From positions 1 through 37,841 of the forward strand of contig CALKOM010000075.1 of NCBI GenBank assembly GCA_938091905.1: 37,841 nucleotides of DNA, read 5' to 3'. The stretch is from an uncultured Verrucomicrobiales bacterium. GTDB taxonomy: Bacteria > Verrucomicrobiota > Verrucomicrobiia > Verrucomicrobiales > DEV007. The notes beneath the pieces are model-generated. The model saw nothing but the letters and a program-made list of their open reading frames with translations. It had not been told where the DNA came from and searched no databases. Numbering within the stretch: position 1 is the stretch's first letter; each line of letters starts with the position of its first letter. The position numbers and the translations under genes are program-made. Below are positions 27,950 through 37,549 of the stretch, piece by piece.

Positions 27950-29414
27950 TCGCCTCGCCCTCTTGATTCCGGCTATTCTCGTTTCGGTTGGCCTTGCCTT
28001 TAGTCAGGCTGCAGCCTCTCCGCGCAAGCCGAACTTCATCGTCGTCTTCTGCGACAACCTTGGTTACGGGGACATCGAGCCGTTTGGATCGACGCTTCAT
28101 CGGACGCCTCACCTGAATCGCATGGCAAAGGAAGGCCGGAAGTTCACGCACTTCTGCGTCACGGCTGGCGTCTGCACGCCGTCCCGAGCCAGTCTGATGA
28201 CGGGCTGCTACGCGCAGCGGGTCGGCATGCATTTCAACGAACGAGACGGCTGGGTGCTGAGGCCGGTTTCGCGGCATGGGCTTCACCCTGACGAAGTCAC
28301 GATCGCGGAAGTTCTCAAAGAGCAGGGTTATGCCACGGCGATTGTCGGCAAATGGCATCTCGGCGATCAGCCTGAGTTTCTCCCGACTCGGCAGGGCTTT
28401 GACTGGTTCTTCGGCGTGCCCTACTCAGACGACATGACCGAGCGCGTGTGGAAGAAAGACGGCTCAAAGTGGCCGCCTCTTCCACTCATGGAGAACGAAG
28501 AAGTCATCGAGGCTCCCTGCGATCGCAATGGCCTAACGAAGCGCTACACCGAGCGGGCCATGAAGTGGATCACCGAACACAAAGATGAGCCATTCTTTCT
28601 CTACTTCCCGCAGGCCATGCCCGGCAGCACGTCGACGCCGTTTTCCAGTCCGGAATTCAAAGGCAAAAGCAGAAACGGTCCCTGGGGAGACGCTATCGAG
28701 GAGCTCGACTGGTCGATAGGCGTAATGCTAGATCTACTTCAAGAGTTGGGAATCGCCGAGAACACGTTTGTCATCTGGACCTCTGACAACGGGGCTCCGA
28801 TCAATCGCGATTCCAATGATCTTAACCGAGGTTCCAACCGCCCCCTTCACGGTCGCGGTTACACGACCAGCGAAGGCGCGTTCCGAGTCCCCACGATAGT
28901 CTGGCAGCCTAGAAAAGTTCCAGCCGGAACGGTCTGCCACGAACTGGCAACAACGATGGACCTGCTACCCACCTTTTCAAAGCTTGCCGGAGCGAACGCG
29001 CAAAGATACCGACAAGCTGATGGCCACGATATTTCGTCACTTTTGTTTGAGGACGGCCTGACAAAGTCTTCTTACGAGGCTTTCTACTATTACCACCAGG
29101 ACCAGTTACAAGCCGTCCGGTCCGGTCCGTGGAAGATATTTCTCCCCGTGACACCCTCCGGTGCGCATCCCCACTTTAACGAGACACAGCAACCGGAGAC
29201 GTTGCTCTTCCACCTGACGGACGACATTGGTTGCGCGAAGAATATTGCCAGTGAGCATTCGGGCGTCATCGCCAGGCTGACGGAGATGGCAGAAGCAGCC
29301 CGCAAGGACTTGGGAGACAAAGGGCGTCGCGGATCCGGCCAACGAGAACGAGGACAAATCGATCGCGAACCTCAACCGCAACGCCTTCAGAAACTGAAAC
29401 AGGGGTCACGTTGA
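27936..29414 (+). CDS. Sulfatase (S1, Cys-type) with atypical active-site residues
   Basis: KPNFIVVFCDNLGYGD, CTPSRASLMTG, GKWHLG, TSDNG, EGAFRVP. Start at 27936 or 27939 overlaps the abgT end. Confidence 0.93.
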   Translation: MMDRSRLALLIPAILVSVGLAFSQAAASPRKPNFIVVFCDNLGYGDIEPFGSTLHRTPHLNRMAKEGRKFTHFCVTAGVCTPSRASLMTGCYAQRVGMHFNERDGWVLRPVSRHGLHPDEVTIAEVLKEQGYATAIVGKWHLGDQPEFLPTRQGFDWFFGVPYSDDMTERVWKKDGSKWPPLPLMENEEVIEAPCDRNGLTKRYTERAMKWITEHKDEPFFLYFPQAMPGSTSTPFSSPEFKGKSRNGPWGDAIEELDWSIGVMLDLLQELGIAENTFVIWTSDNGAPINRDSNDLNRGSNRPLHGRGYTTSEGAFRVPTIVWQPRKVPAGTVCHELATTMDLLPTFSKLAGANAQRYRQADGHDISSLLFEDGLTKSSYEAFYYYHQDQLQAVRSGPWKIFLPVTPSGAHPHFNETQQPETLLFHLTDDIGCAKNIASEHSGVIARLTEMAEAARKDLGDKGRRGSGQRERGQIDREPQPQRLQKLKQGSR

Positions 29415-29518
29415 ACCAGAGATCACGTCAGCAGCCACTCGATCGGTCTCGACGGTCATCAACGCGTGACTATAATAAACGCTTACCAGATAAACAGATG
29501 AACAGCAACGAGGTGACC

Positions 29519-30958
29519 ATGCGAGTAGCGAAACCACGAACGGATGTGCGGAAAGAAACGTCGATTGCCGTTCTGGCCATGGCGATGCTGAGTCTGTGCG
29601 CTCATCACTCTATCATTGAGGCTGCCGATAACGAAGGTGGCGCGTCCCTGGACCTCGCGCGTGGACTGGTAGGTCGCTGGACGTTTGATGAAGGCATGGG
29701 AACGATCGCACGCGATGTCTCGGGTCGAGACAACCACGGCATGGTCATGGGCGGCGCGACATGGACCGAGGGAATCATTGGTGGTGCCCTGCACCTCGAC
29801 GGCACGGATGACTTCGTGTCGATTCCTAATGAGAGCATGTTCGACCTTACGGGCAGCGTCACGGTGTCGGCCTGGATACAAGTCGAGTCCTTCACGAAGC
29901 CGTGGCAATCGATCGTGACGAAGGGCGATCGCGCTTGGAGACTGCACAGAGCTAACGAAACGAAATGCGCGGGCTTCGCCTGCTCGGATCTCTCGCGTGA
30001 CCAGGTCGGTGATCTCTATGGCAAACGAGATGTCGATGACGGCAAGTGGCACCACGTCGCTGGCGTTCTCGACGAGACCAAGATGTCAATCTTCGTGGAT
30101 GGTGCTCTCGACGCGTCGATGAACGCTTCGACTAACATCAGCGTCAACGATTACGCCGTGCTCATTGGCGCGAACGCGCAGGCCATGGGAAGGCTCTTTC
30201 ATGGCCTCCTCGACGATGTCCGCATCTACGACCGAGCGCTCTCCGTCGCTGAACTGCGAGCGCTCGTCAACGAAGGGGGCGCCGCGGCACCCGTTGCCCA
30301 AAAACTGCCAACGGCCTCTCCTCCGCCAAGTCTCCCTTCGGGCGAATTTCAAAAGATTTTCGACGGTAAAACGTTAGAAGGCTGGAACGCCCTCGACATG
30401 AGTTACTGGTCCGTTCGCGACGGCGCCATTACCGGCGAGTCGACGGACGAGCACCCTTGTAAGCAGAATCAATTCATGGTTTGGCAGGGCGGCGATGTGG
30501 CCGACTTCGAAGTCAAACTGAAGTTTCGAGTCGAGGGGAACGGCTGCAACTCCGGAGTGCAGTTTCGTAGCAAGATGCGCGAGGACGGTCTGGCGATCGG
30601 CTACCAAGCCGACATCTACCAGTCCGGAGTATACCTTGGTGGGGTCTGTGATGAGATCCACACGCGCGACGGCCCGGAACTCCTCAGCGCCAACGGTTCC
30701 AAGACAGTGATCGACAAGGACGGCAGACGCACGCGAACCCCATTCGACACGGAGGCGACCTTCAAGAAGTGGCCCGAGTGGAATGACTATCACATTTACG
30801 CCAAGGGCCACCGAATGGTCTTGCGGATCAATGGCGTGGCGGCGTCGGAGCTCATCGACAACGAAGAGGCTCATTTCGATCTTCAAGGAATCCTCGGTTT
30901 GCAGCTACGCTCGGGCAAACCGATGACGGTGCAGTTCAAGGACATCTACTTGAAGTAG
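29519..30958 (+). CDS. LamG/ConA-like domain plus DUF1080 (3-keto-disaccharide hydrolase-like) protein
   Basis: GAGGTG before ATG 29519. GLVGRWTFDEG...WHHVAGV...LDDVRIYDRAL, a Pro-rich linker, then IFDGKTLEGW, NSGVQFR, GYQADI, WNDYHI, LGLQL, VQFKDI. Confidence 0.92.
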   Translation: MRVAKPRTDVRKETSIAVLAMAMLSLCAHHSIIEAADNEGGASLDLARGLVGRWTFDEGMGTIARDVSGRDNHGMVMGGATWTEGIIGGALHLDGTDDFVSIPNESMFDLTGSVTVSAWIQVESFTKPWQSIVTKGDRAWRLHRANETKCAGFACSDLSRDQVGDLYGKRDVDDGKWHHVAGVLDETKMSIFVDGALDASMNASTNISVNDYAVLIGANAQAMGRLFHGLLDDVRIYDRALSVAELRALVNEGGAAAPVAQKLPTASPPPSLPSGEFQKIFDGKTLEGWNALDMSYWSVRDGAITGESTDEHPCKQNQFMVWQGGDVADFEVKLKFRVEGNGCNSGVQFRSKMREDGLAIGYQADIYQSGVYLGGVCDEIHTRDGPELLSANGSKTVIDKDGRRTRTPFDTEATFKKWPEWNDYHIYAKGHRMVLRINGVAASELIDNEEAHFDLQGILGLQLRSGKPMTVQFKDIYLK

Positions 30959-30975
30959 CTGGAGGTGGTGTGTTT

Positions 30976-31002
30976 GTCGTGGATTTCGGAGAAATCCACG
31001 GC
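30976..31002. repeat. Palindromic repeat hairpin just after a stop codon (possible terminator or mRNA stabiliser)
   Basis: GTCGTGGATTTC-GGA-GAAATCCACGGC, a 12-bp stem with one G-T pair; 21 nt identical (inverted) to 5047-5067. Confidence 0.7.
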
Positions 31003-31106
31003 GATCTGACAGTGTTTTATAGGCGAAAGACAAACCCAAGAGCATTGCTAGTTTCAAATGGAGGATTCTTCTGGCCGACCGAATGCCGTTTCCCTAAATT
31101 CGCTGT

Positions 31107-31757
31107 ATGAGAACCTTCCTGATCATCACCGCCATCGCCGCCACAGCCCTCGTCCAGCTCACTGCCAAAGATGCAGACACACCTGAGGCCAAGACAGCAT
31201 GGCAGAAGCTCTTCGATGGCCAGGACCTGAAAGGCTGGCATGAGAACCGATTCAAACATGCGCCCGAATGGAAGGTCGTCGATGGCGTCCTCATGGGTCA
31301 TGGCGGCCAAGGCTACCTATCAACTGTCGAAGACTACGACGACTTCGAACTCGTCGTGGAAGCACGCATCAGCGACACTGGTAGTGGTCGTGGCAACAGC
31401 GGCGTCTATTTCCGCTGCGCCCCGCATACCGACAAGACACAAGAATTCCCTCGTGGCTACGAAGCCCAACTCGATCACGGGGATGGCAACAACCCCACTG
31501 GCAGCATCTACAATCTGGGCACCAAAGGGGCCAAGGCTCCAAAGTTCGCTGACTTGAAAGATGGCGAATGGGTGACTCTGCGTATCCGAGTGGTTGGCGA
31601 TCACGTCCAAACCTGGGTCAACAACAAGCCCGCAGCCGATTGCAAACTTCCCGAGAAAGATCGCCTGCTGAAAGGGAGCATTTTATTACAAATGCACCAT
31701 AAGACCGGCAAGGTAGAATTCCGCAAGGTAGAGATCCGAAAGCTAAAGGCAATGTAG
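31107..31757 (+). CDS. DUF1080 (3-keto-disaccharide hydrolase-like) protein
   Basis: LFDGQDLKGW, WKVVDG, GNSGVYFR, GYEAQ, TGSIY, GSILLQMH, VEFRKV; signal peptide. Confidence 0.94.
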   Translation: MRTFLIITAIAATALVQLTAKDADTPEAKTAWQKLFDGQDLKGWHENRFKHAPEWKVVDGVLMGHGGQGYLSTVEDYDDFELVVEARISDTGSGRGNSGVYFRCAPHTDKTQEFPRGYEAQLDHGDGNNPTGSIYNLGTKGAKAPKFADLKDGEWVTLRIRVVGDHVQTWVNNKPAADCKLPEKDRLLKGSILLQMHHKTGKVEFRKVEIRKLKAM

Positions 31758-31806
31758 AGTGGCTCGGAAATAGATTCTTTGGTGTGGCTTCCAATCCCTG
31801 AGTTGC

Positions 31807-32652
31807 CTACCTCTGCTTCCGCTTCTCAATTTGCGCATAAGGATCTTCTGGTCGGTTCGTGGGATCAACGTATTTCTTGAGATCACGCATCGCGATGACG
31901 GTGCAGCCATGGTCCTTGAGGAATTGGAGCTGCTCTTTGAAAACTTCTGGATCGGTGTTGACCCAAGGGTGCTCGATGGCGGGCACTCCGTGATAGCATA
32001 ACACAGTGATCTTCCCGTCCTTGGCCTTGGCCACGGCCTTCTTCAAATCATCCGTCCCAGACTCCGGGCCGGAATACCAGGTCGTGGGAACGAGGAGCGG
32101 GTGATCGAGCTTCGGGTTGTAGGCGGGGCCGAGCCCACCGCGGCCGCCATCCTCGAATTCCGGTCGGATGCCGCGCCTGGCGAAGGTGAAGACCTTCTTG
32201 GTCATGAGAACTTCGACAGCACTTAGATTGTGGGAGAAGCCGGGGAAGCAGAATGTGATAGGGCGAGGGATGCCGTTCTCCGCGCAGCGCGTGTCAATGT
32301 GATCAAGGGACTTGGAGAGCGCTTCTTTTGTCAGCTTGGTGACGTTGCGGTGTGCCTTCGTGTGGTTGCCAATCTCGAATCCCATGTCATGCAGTTCGCG
32401 GATTTCTTTCCATGTCATGTAGTTCTCTTTGCTCTTCAGGAAGCCGAGCCCCTCCGTGATGTAGAAGGTCGCGCCAAAGGCGTGTTCTTTGACCAAGTCT
32501 GCGACGAACGTACGATCGGATTTGTTGCAGTCGTCGAAGGTGAGAACGACGAGCTTGTCAGGGATAGGTAGAAGTTTGGGCGTTTCGGAATCGTCCGCTA
32601 ATGCTAGAGTGGCACAAAGATGGAGCAAGATGAAGGGGAGGAGTGGACGCAT
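31807..32652 (-). CDS. Polysaccharide deacetylase family (CE4/NodB-like) protein
   Basis: VVLTFDD, ATFYI, MTWKEIRELHDMGFEIGNHTKAH, FCFPG; signal peptide. Confidence 0.92.
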   Translation of the reverse strand: MRPLLPFILLHLCATLALADDSETPKLLPIPDKLVVLTFDDCNKSDRTFVADLVKEHAFGATFYITEGLGFLKSKENYMTWKEIRELHDMGFEIGNHTKAHRNVTKLTKEALSKSLDHIDTRCAENGIPRPITFCFPGFSHNLSAVEVLMTKKVFTFARRGIRPEFEDGGRGGLGPAYNPKLDHPLLVPTTWYSGPESGTDDLKKAVAKAKDGKITVLCYHGVPAIEHPWVNTDPEVFKEQLQFLKDHGCTVIAMRDLKKYVDPTNRPEDPYAQIEKRKQR

Positions 32653-33039
32653 ATCAGAAAGCCTAGGAGTCTATGGGATTTCGGGCACGGCTAAATTACG
32701 GTTGTCAGGCAGGAATCTCTTTCGCCTAGAAGCGCCCATGTATTACAGAATAGGAGCAACACTGATTATGGATAAAGCCATTACCCGCAGGAGATACAAC
32801 AATCTTCCTCCATCGGTAATACTTAAGCCATTCATCAGAACAGATTGTGTCGCCACCCATCTACCGCCCGCGTGCTTTACCCCTTTGGCAGATCGTCCAC
32901 CACGCCTGGCACGATTTCCTCGCCCACTACGAGTCCCGTCATCGCCGGATCCACGGCCCCTCCTAGCCGCTTTCGCGATGGCCTGCCATCCCTCAACATT
33001 TTACCACCGACCACCGACCTCCGCCCAAAGCGCCCGTGC

Positions 33040-33313
33040 TCTGCGGCCTCTTTGGCGCGATCTCATGCCGCGCGCTTGGGGTGTCGACCCTCTTTTTTGT
33101 CCTTGCTATAAGGGAACGATGAAGTTCATCAACAAACTGATCCGACCGGAAGAAGTTGAGTTTTTCCTCTTTCTCCTCGACCTGAGGGAAAGCGCCATTG
33201 CTCTGCCTCCACCACCCCGTCCACTCTTCGGCATCGAATCCGTAGAGCCGCTTTACGCCACGGAAAAGACCGACTCGACTAAAGATACCGAATCACGTTT
33301 ACCTGCTAGCTAG
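33040..33313 (+). pseudogene. Probable C-terminal remnant of an IS91-like (Y2) transposase
   Basis: WRDLMPRAWGVDPLFCPCYKGTMKFINKLIRPEEVEFFL resembles the WxxLxxRxxxVDPLxCPxCxGxMKxI...I..IL tail; second Cys altered and no upstream catalytic region. Confidence 0.6.
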
Positions 33314-33716
33314 ACCGACAGTGAACCTGCCTATAAAGCGCTAGAGCGCGTGCTCGATGAGGAGCGGTTGTTGGTCCTCGACAGGGTTCTCTTACCGGCG
33401 GACGAGTTGCCGCTCTTCGCGGTGGACTGAAAACGCAGCTTTGCGATTACCGAGAATGTTTTTCTGCCTAATCAGAGCCTCTGCAAAGCACTCGATCGAC
33501 CGGCAGCAGTCGTGAGGCCAACAAACAGGCCGTATAGCCCTTGGTGGAAGGAGCATCTCAAGCTTGCCACTTCCCCAGCAAGCTTGACCGCCGCGAAGAT
33601 TTCCTGAAATCTTTGAGATCATGGAGACCATTTCCCCTTTCCTACCCCTGCTCCAAATACTAACAATGCGGCGAATCTGATCCCGTGAACGAAAAGCAAT
33701 GCTCTAGCAATTCCAC

Positions 33717-35189
33717 ATGAAGAAGACGTTCACCAATCACTCGCTGACCATGCTCCGCCGGGCCCTCGGCTACGGCATTCTGGTGACGATGGCCTCGCTT
33801 ATTTCGATTGGTGTCTATGTGCTCAACAATCGTGCCGATCTACACCTATGGCACGAGGTGGATCTCGACGAAGAATTCAAGACCTCCTCCGATGTCGATG
33901 ATTTCGCCGACTATCTAGCGCTCGAAGATCGGCTCTTCGCCCAGTTGGAGAGCGAGGTGTATGCCAACACGCCTGCAACTGAAGGGCAGAGCATCAACAG
34001 GTTCGAAAAAGGCAGCATGATGGACCCTACCAGCATGAAGACCAATTGGAACCGGACCTTCGAGCTTACTCAAACTTCACCTCGCGCAGGCGTCCTGCTC
34101 CTTCACGGAATGTCGGACTCCCCCTACAGCCTACGCCACCTTGGAAAGACCTTCCACGAGGCAGGTGCCTCTGTCATCGGCCTGCGAATCCCTGGTCACG
34201 GAACGGCCCCAAGCGGACTCGTGGAGACCACGTGGAAAGACATGGCGGCCGCTGTCCGCCTGGCAGCCAAACACCTCAAGGAAAGCATCGGCGATCGCCC
34301 CCTCTACCTCGTCGGCTACTCGAATGGCGGGGCGCTCTCGGTGATCTACGCGACCGAAAGCGTCAATGACCCTTCCCTACCTCGTCCCGATGGACTGCTT
34401 CTACTGTCTCCAGAAATCGGCGTTTCCAAAGCCGCCGCCTTGGCCGTGTGGCAAGGGCGGATCGGACACTGGCTCGGCCTTGAGAAGCTCGCATGGAATT
34501 CCATTTCGATGGAATATGATCCCTTCAAATACGGGTCGTTCGCAGTGAACGCTGGAGATCAAGCTCACCGCATCACGACCGAGATCGACAAGCGCCTTGG
34601 TAAGATGGCTCAGGACGGAGCCATGCAAAACTTCCCCCGGACTCTGGCCTTTCAATCCTCAGTCGATGCCACCGTATCCACCACCGCACTGATCTCACGT
34701 CTCTTCGACCGACTCCCGGATCAAGGCCACGAGTTGATCCTCTTTGACATCAATCGCCTTGCTCTGGTCGAGCACCTCCTGAGCAAAGACCCTGCGGACC
34801 AACTCGAAGGATTGCTCGCCGAGACCGATCATACTTTCTCTCTAACCGTTGTCAGTAATTCCATGGAAGAGGGAGTACCGTCCCTAAGAGTCCACCTCCG
34901 GCGCCGTGAAGCAGGCACGATGGAGACCATCGAAAAATCTACCGAGATGTCGTGGCCGGATGAGACCTTCTCACTATCCCACATCGCCATTCCATTCCCC
35001 GAAAACGACTCCCTCTACGGCAGTGGTGAAGGTGGCAAGGTTCCAACCCTTGGAAACCGGGCCCTCCGCGGTGAACGCGGAACGCTCCTGATCAGTCCGG
35101 GCGAAATGCTTCGGCAAAAGTGGAACCCGTTCTACTCTTGGCTCGAACAGAAAAGCCTGACCTTCACCGAACTCGACTCAGTAGAGTGA
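33717..35189 (+). CDS. Membrane-anchored alpha/beta hydrolase (esterase/lysophospholipase-like)
   Basis: N-terminal TM segment, VLLLHGMSDSPYS, PGHGT, nucleophile elbow GYSNG. Confidence 0.9.
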   Translation: MKKTFTNHSLTMLRRALGYGILVTMASLISIGVYVLNNRADLHLWHEVDLDEEFKTSSDVDDFADYLALEDRLFAQLESEVYANTPATEGQSINRFEKGSMMDPTSMKTNWNRTFELTQTSPRAGVLLLHGMSDSPYSLRHLGKTFHEAGASVIGLRIPGHGTAPSGLVETTWKDMAAAVRLAAKHLKESIGDRPLYLVGYSNGGALSVIYATESVNDPSLPRPDGLLLLSPEIGVSKAAALAVWQGRIGHWLGLEKLAWNSISMEYDPFKYGSFAVNAGDQAHRITTEIDKRLGKMAQDGAMQNFPRTLAFQSSVDATVSTTALISRLFDRLPDQGHELILFDINRLALVEHLLSKDPADQLEGLLAETDHTFSLTVVSNSMEEGVPSLRVHLRRREAGTMETIEKSTEMSWPDETFSLSHIAIPFPENDSLYGSGEGGKVPTLGNRALRGERGTLLISPGEMLRQKWNPFYSWLEQKSLTFTELDSVE

Positions 35190-35274
35190 TCCAGACGCCA
35201 GTCACTCTCGCTTGTCGACGCCGTCAGCAGGAATATCGATCATGGTCTCGTCCCTTTCACCAGCCATCAGAACC

Positions 35275-35620
35275 ACGAAGCAACTCCCCCCCCCCGGTAG
35301 CCGCTGCGGTCCTGACCGTTCCGCTTTTCGCCGACGACACGTTTCCGTCTTGGAACGACACCGCTCTCAAGAAGGCTATCATCGAGTTTGTCGAAAAAGT
35401 CACCCAAGCAAGCTCCGATGACTTTGTTCCGATTTCCGAACGGATTGCGACTTTCGACAACGACGGCTGCCTGTGGGCGGAGCAACCCATGTATTTCCAG
35501 CCGATCTTCATTGTTGATACGAGCAAGGAACTCGCACCCCAACACCCCGAGCGGAAAAACGAAGAACCCTTTGCTTCAGTGCTCAAGGGTGACATCAAGC
35601 AAGCGCGTGCGGCCGGAGAA
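35275..35620 (+). pseudogene. HAD-family hydrolase (acid phosphatase-like), N-terminal third only
   Basis: PSWNDTALKKAIIEFVEKVT...VPISERIATFDNDGCLWAEQPMYFQ...PFASVLKGD, then abrupt loss of similarity at ~35620. The leader is damaged (ACG where ATG is expected; C10 run at 35286-35295). Confidence 0.85.
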
Positions 35621-35869
35621 ATAACCCTTCCACTTACTAACATCAATACTACACTTACCTCATTAACAAATGGGTTTTATAGGCAAAATTGCTTATCGTT
35701 TAACTATTGCTCCCCTCCAACCTTAGCGATGCGTTCTCGACAGTGTTGACCAGATCACCAAGTTACTATTCTCTAATAGTAACCGTAAATACTACTATCA
35801 AATCCATTAGTAACACAACGGGTTCTGACACTCGAATTACAATATTGCCCCACTCTTAGTCACAGACCC

Positions 35870-36037
35870 ATGTTATTCCTGCCACGCTTACTCATTGTCT
35901 TTTATCTCAGTGTCACGACTGCAGCAATAGCGCAAACCGCTATTCAGAATCCGGTCCCACCGCCACCACCAGAAGTCCTTCCGCTCATTGGCCGCAGCTA
36001 TTCTAACGACAGCAACAACGACGAATTCACTGAATAA
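35870..36037 (+). other. 55-aa ORF with signal peptide and poly-Pro (small exported peptide or gene stub)
   Basis: MLFLPRLLIVFYLSVTTAAIAQTAIQNPVPPPPPEVLPLIGRSYSNDSNNDEFTE*; AIA-Q cleavage-like site. Confidence 0.45.
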
Positions 36038-36061
36038 CCGCTATCGACCAGAACACTTACC

Positions 36062-37549
36062 ATGAAACATCTTGCCCACATTATCGCAATCATCACGGCC
36101 ATCGCGTCTTTGCCTCATGGCTCAGTCGCGGCTCAGGATAAGACTAACATCGTCTTTATCTTCATCGACGACCTGGGATGGGGCGATGTTGGTTGCTATG
36201 GCAACGATTTCATCGACACCCCGCGTATCGACCAGTTGGCCAAGGAAGGCATTCGTTTCACCGATGCTTATGCAGCCGGTGCTGTTTGTTCGCCATCGCG
36301 ATGTGCTGTGCAATCTGGTCAGAATCAAGCGCGCATCGGAATCACGGCGCACATCCCCGGGCATTGGCGCCCCTTTGAGCGCGTCATCACACCACAGACA
36401 ACGATGGCGCTGCCGCAGGACACGATCACGGTTGCCGAATCGCTCAAAGAGGCTGGCTACCGGACCGGCTATGTCGGCAAATGGCACCTTGGTCGTGGAG
36501 ACGCATTTGGGCCGGCTAAGCAGGGCTACGACTTTGCGGCGGAGATCAATGGCGCCCATCTTCCTGGCAAGTACCGAGTGACTGGTCGGTCTGACTTAAA
36601 GCCTAAGCCAGATCAATTCCGCACCGACTTCGAAGCTGATCTCTGCGCCAAATTCATTAGCGAAGAGTCTGACAAACCCTTCTTTCTCATGCTCTCCCCA
36701 TATGCCGTCCATATTCCACTCGCCGGCAAGTCAAAACTGGTGGAGAAGTACAAGGCTAGAGCCAAAGAACGCGGACGAGGTCTCCCACACCCGGTCTACG
36801 CAGCCATGGTCGAGGAAGTCGATGCACTGGTTGGCCGCGTTGTTGACGAGATCGACGCCCAAGGGCTCACGGACAACACCATGATCGTCTTCACCTCCGA
36901 CAACGGCGGCCTCTACCGCCGCTACGACTATCGCGAGGCCGCCGACAACAACGTCTCCAGCCTCGCCCCGCTAAAGGGCGAGAAGGGCTCCCTCCACGAA
37001 GGCGGTATCCGCGTCCCCCTAATCGTCAAACATCCTAACAAAGCATTACCCGGCACTACCTGTGCCGAACCTACCCTCAGCTATGATTTTTATCCCACTT
37101 TCGTCGCTGCCGCTAGCGGATCCCTACCGGAGACCCAAACCATCGATGGCGTCAGTCTCCTTCCACTTCTCGGCAACCCCAGAGCACAACTAGAGCGCGA
37201 TACCATTCATTGGCACTACCCACACTACCATCACGATCGCCCCGCCAGCGCGATTCGTGAACGCGATTGGAAACTGATCGAGTATCTGGATGGCTCGGGT
37301 GATCTGGAACTCTATCATCTCGCCAAAGACCTTGGCGAACAAACAAACCTCGCCGCCAGACGGAAAGGCAAGGCCGCCGATCTGAAGAAGAAACTCAACG
37401 CTTGGCGCACCGAAGTCATCGCCAGAATGCCTATCCCCAATCCCAGCTTTGATCTCGATCGCGCTCACGAGTGGTGGAGCATGCGCACGGGGAAACCTGT
37501 CGCCAGCGACAAGCGCAAACGCTTTCCTCAGACGGAGAAAGAATTGTAA
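36062..37549 (+). CDS. Sulfatase (S1, Cys-type)
   Basis: NIVFIFIDDLGWGD, CSPSR, GKWHLG, YAVHIP, TSDNGG, GEKGSLHEGGIRVP; signal peptide. Confidence 0.96.
   Translation: MKHLAHIIAIITAIASLPHGSVAAQDKTNIVFIFIDDLGWGDVGCYGNDFIDTPRIDQLAKEGIRFTDAYAAGAVCSPSRCAVQSGQNQARIGITAHIPGHWRPFERVITPQTTMALPQDTITVAESLKEAGYRTGYVGKWHLGRGDAFGPAKQGYDFAAEINGAHLPGKYRVTGRSDLKPKPDQFRTDFEADLCAKFISEESDKPFFLMLSPYAVHIPLAGKSKLVEKYKARAKERGRGLPHPVYAAMVEEVDALVGRVVDEIDAQGLTDNTMIVFTSDNGGLYRRYDYREAADNNVSSLAPLKGEKGSLHEGGIRVPLIVKHPNKALPGTTCAEPTLSYDFYPTFVAAASGSLPETQTIDGVSLLPLLGNPRAQLERDTIHWHYPHYHHDRPASAIRERDWKLIEYLDGSGDLELYHLAKDLGEQTNLAARRKGKAADLKKKLNAWRTEVIARMPIPNPSFDLDRAHEWWSMRTGKPVASDKRKRFPQTEKEL

Noticed and set aside
29471..29476. 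TATAAT promoter for the LamG-DUF1080 gene
   Set aside because: No convincing -35 or extended -10; a hexamer alone is insufficient.
32489..33313. 274-aa ORF as a real protein
   Set aside because: It overlaps the deacetylase antisense, and only its last part resembles a known (transposase) tail.
35286..35295. C10 run as a phase-variation switch
   Set aside because: The HAD gene also lacks a start codon and its C-terminal two-thirds, so switching could not restore function.
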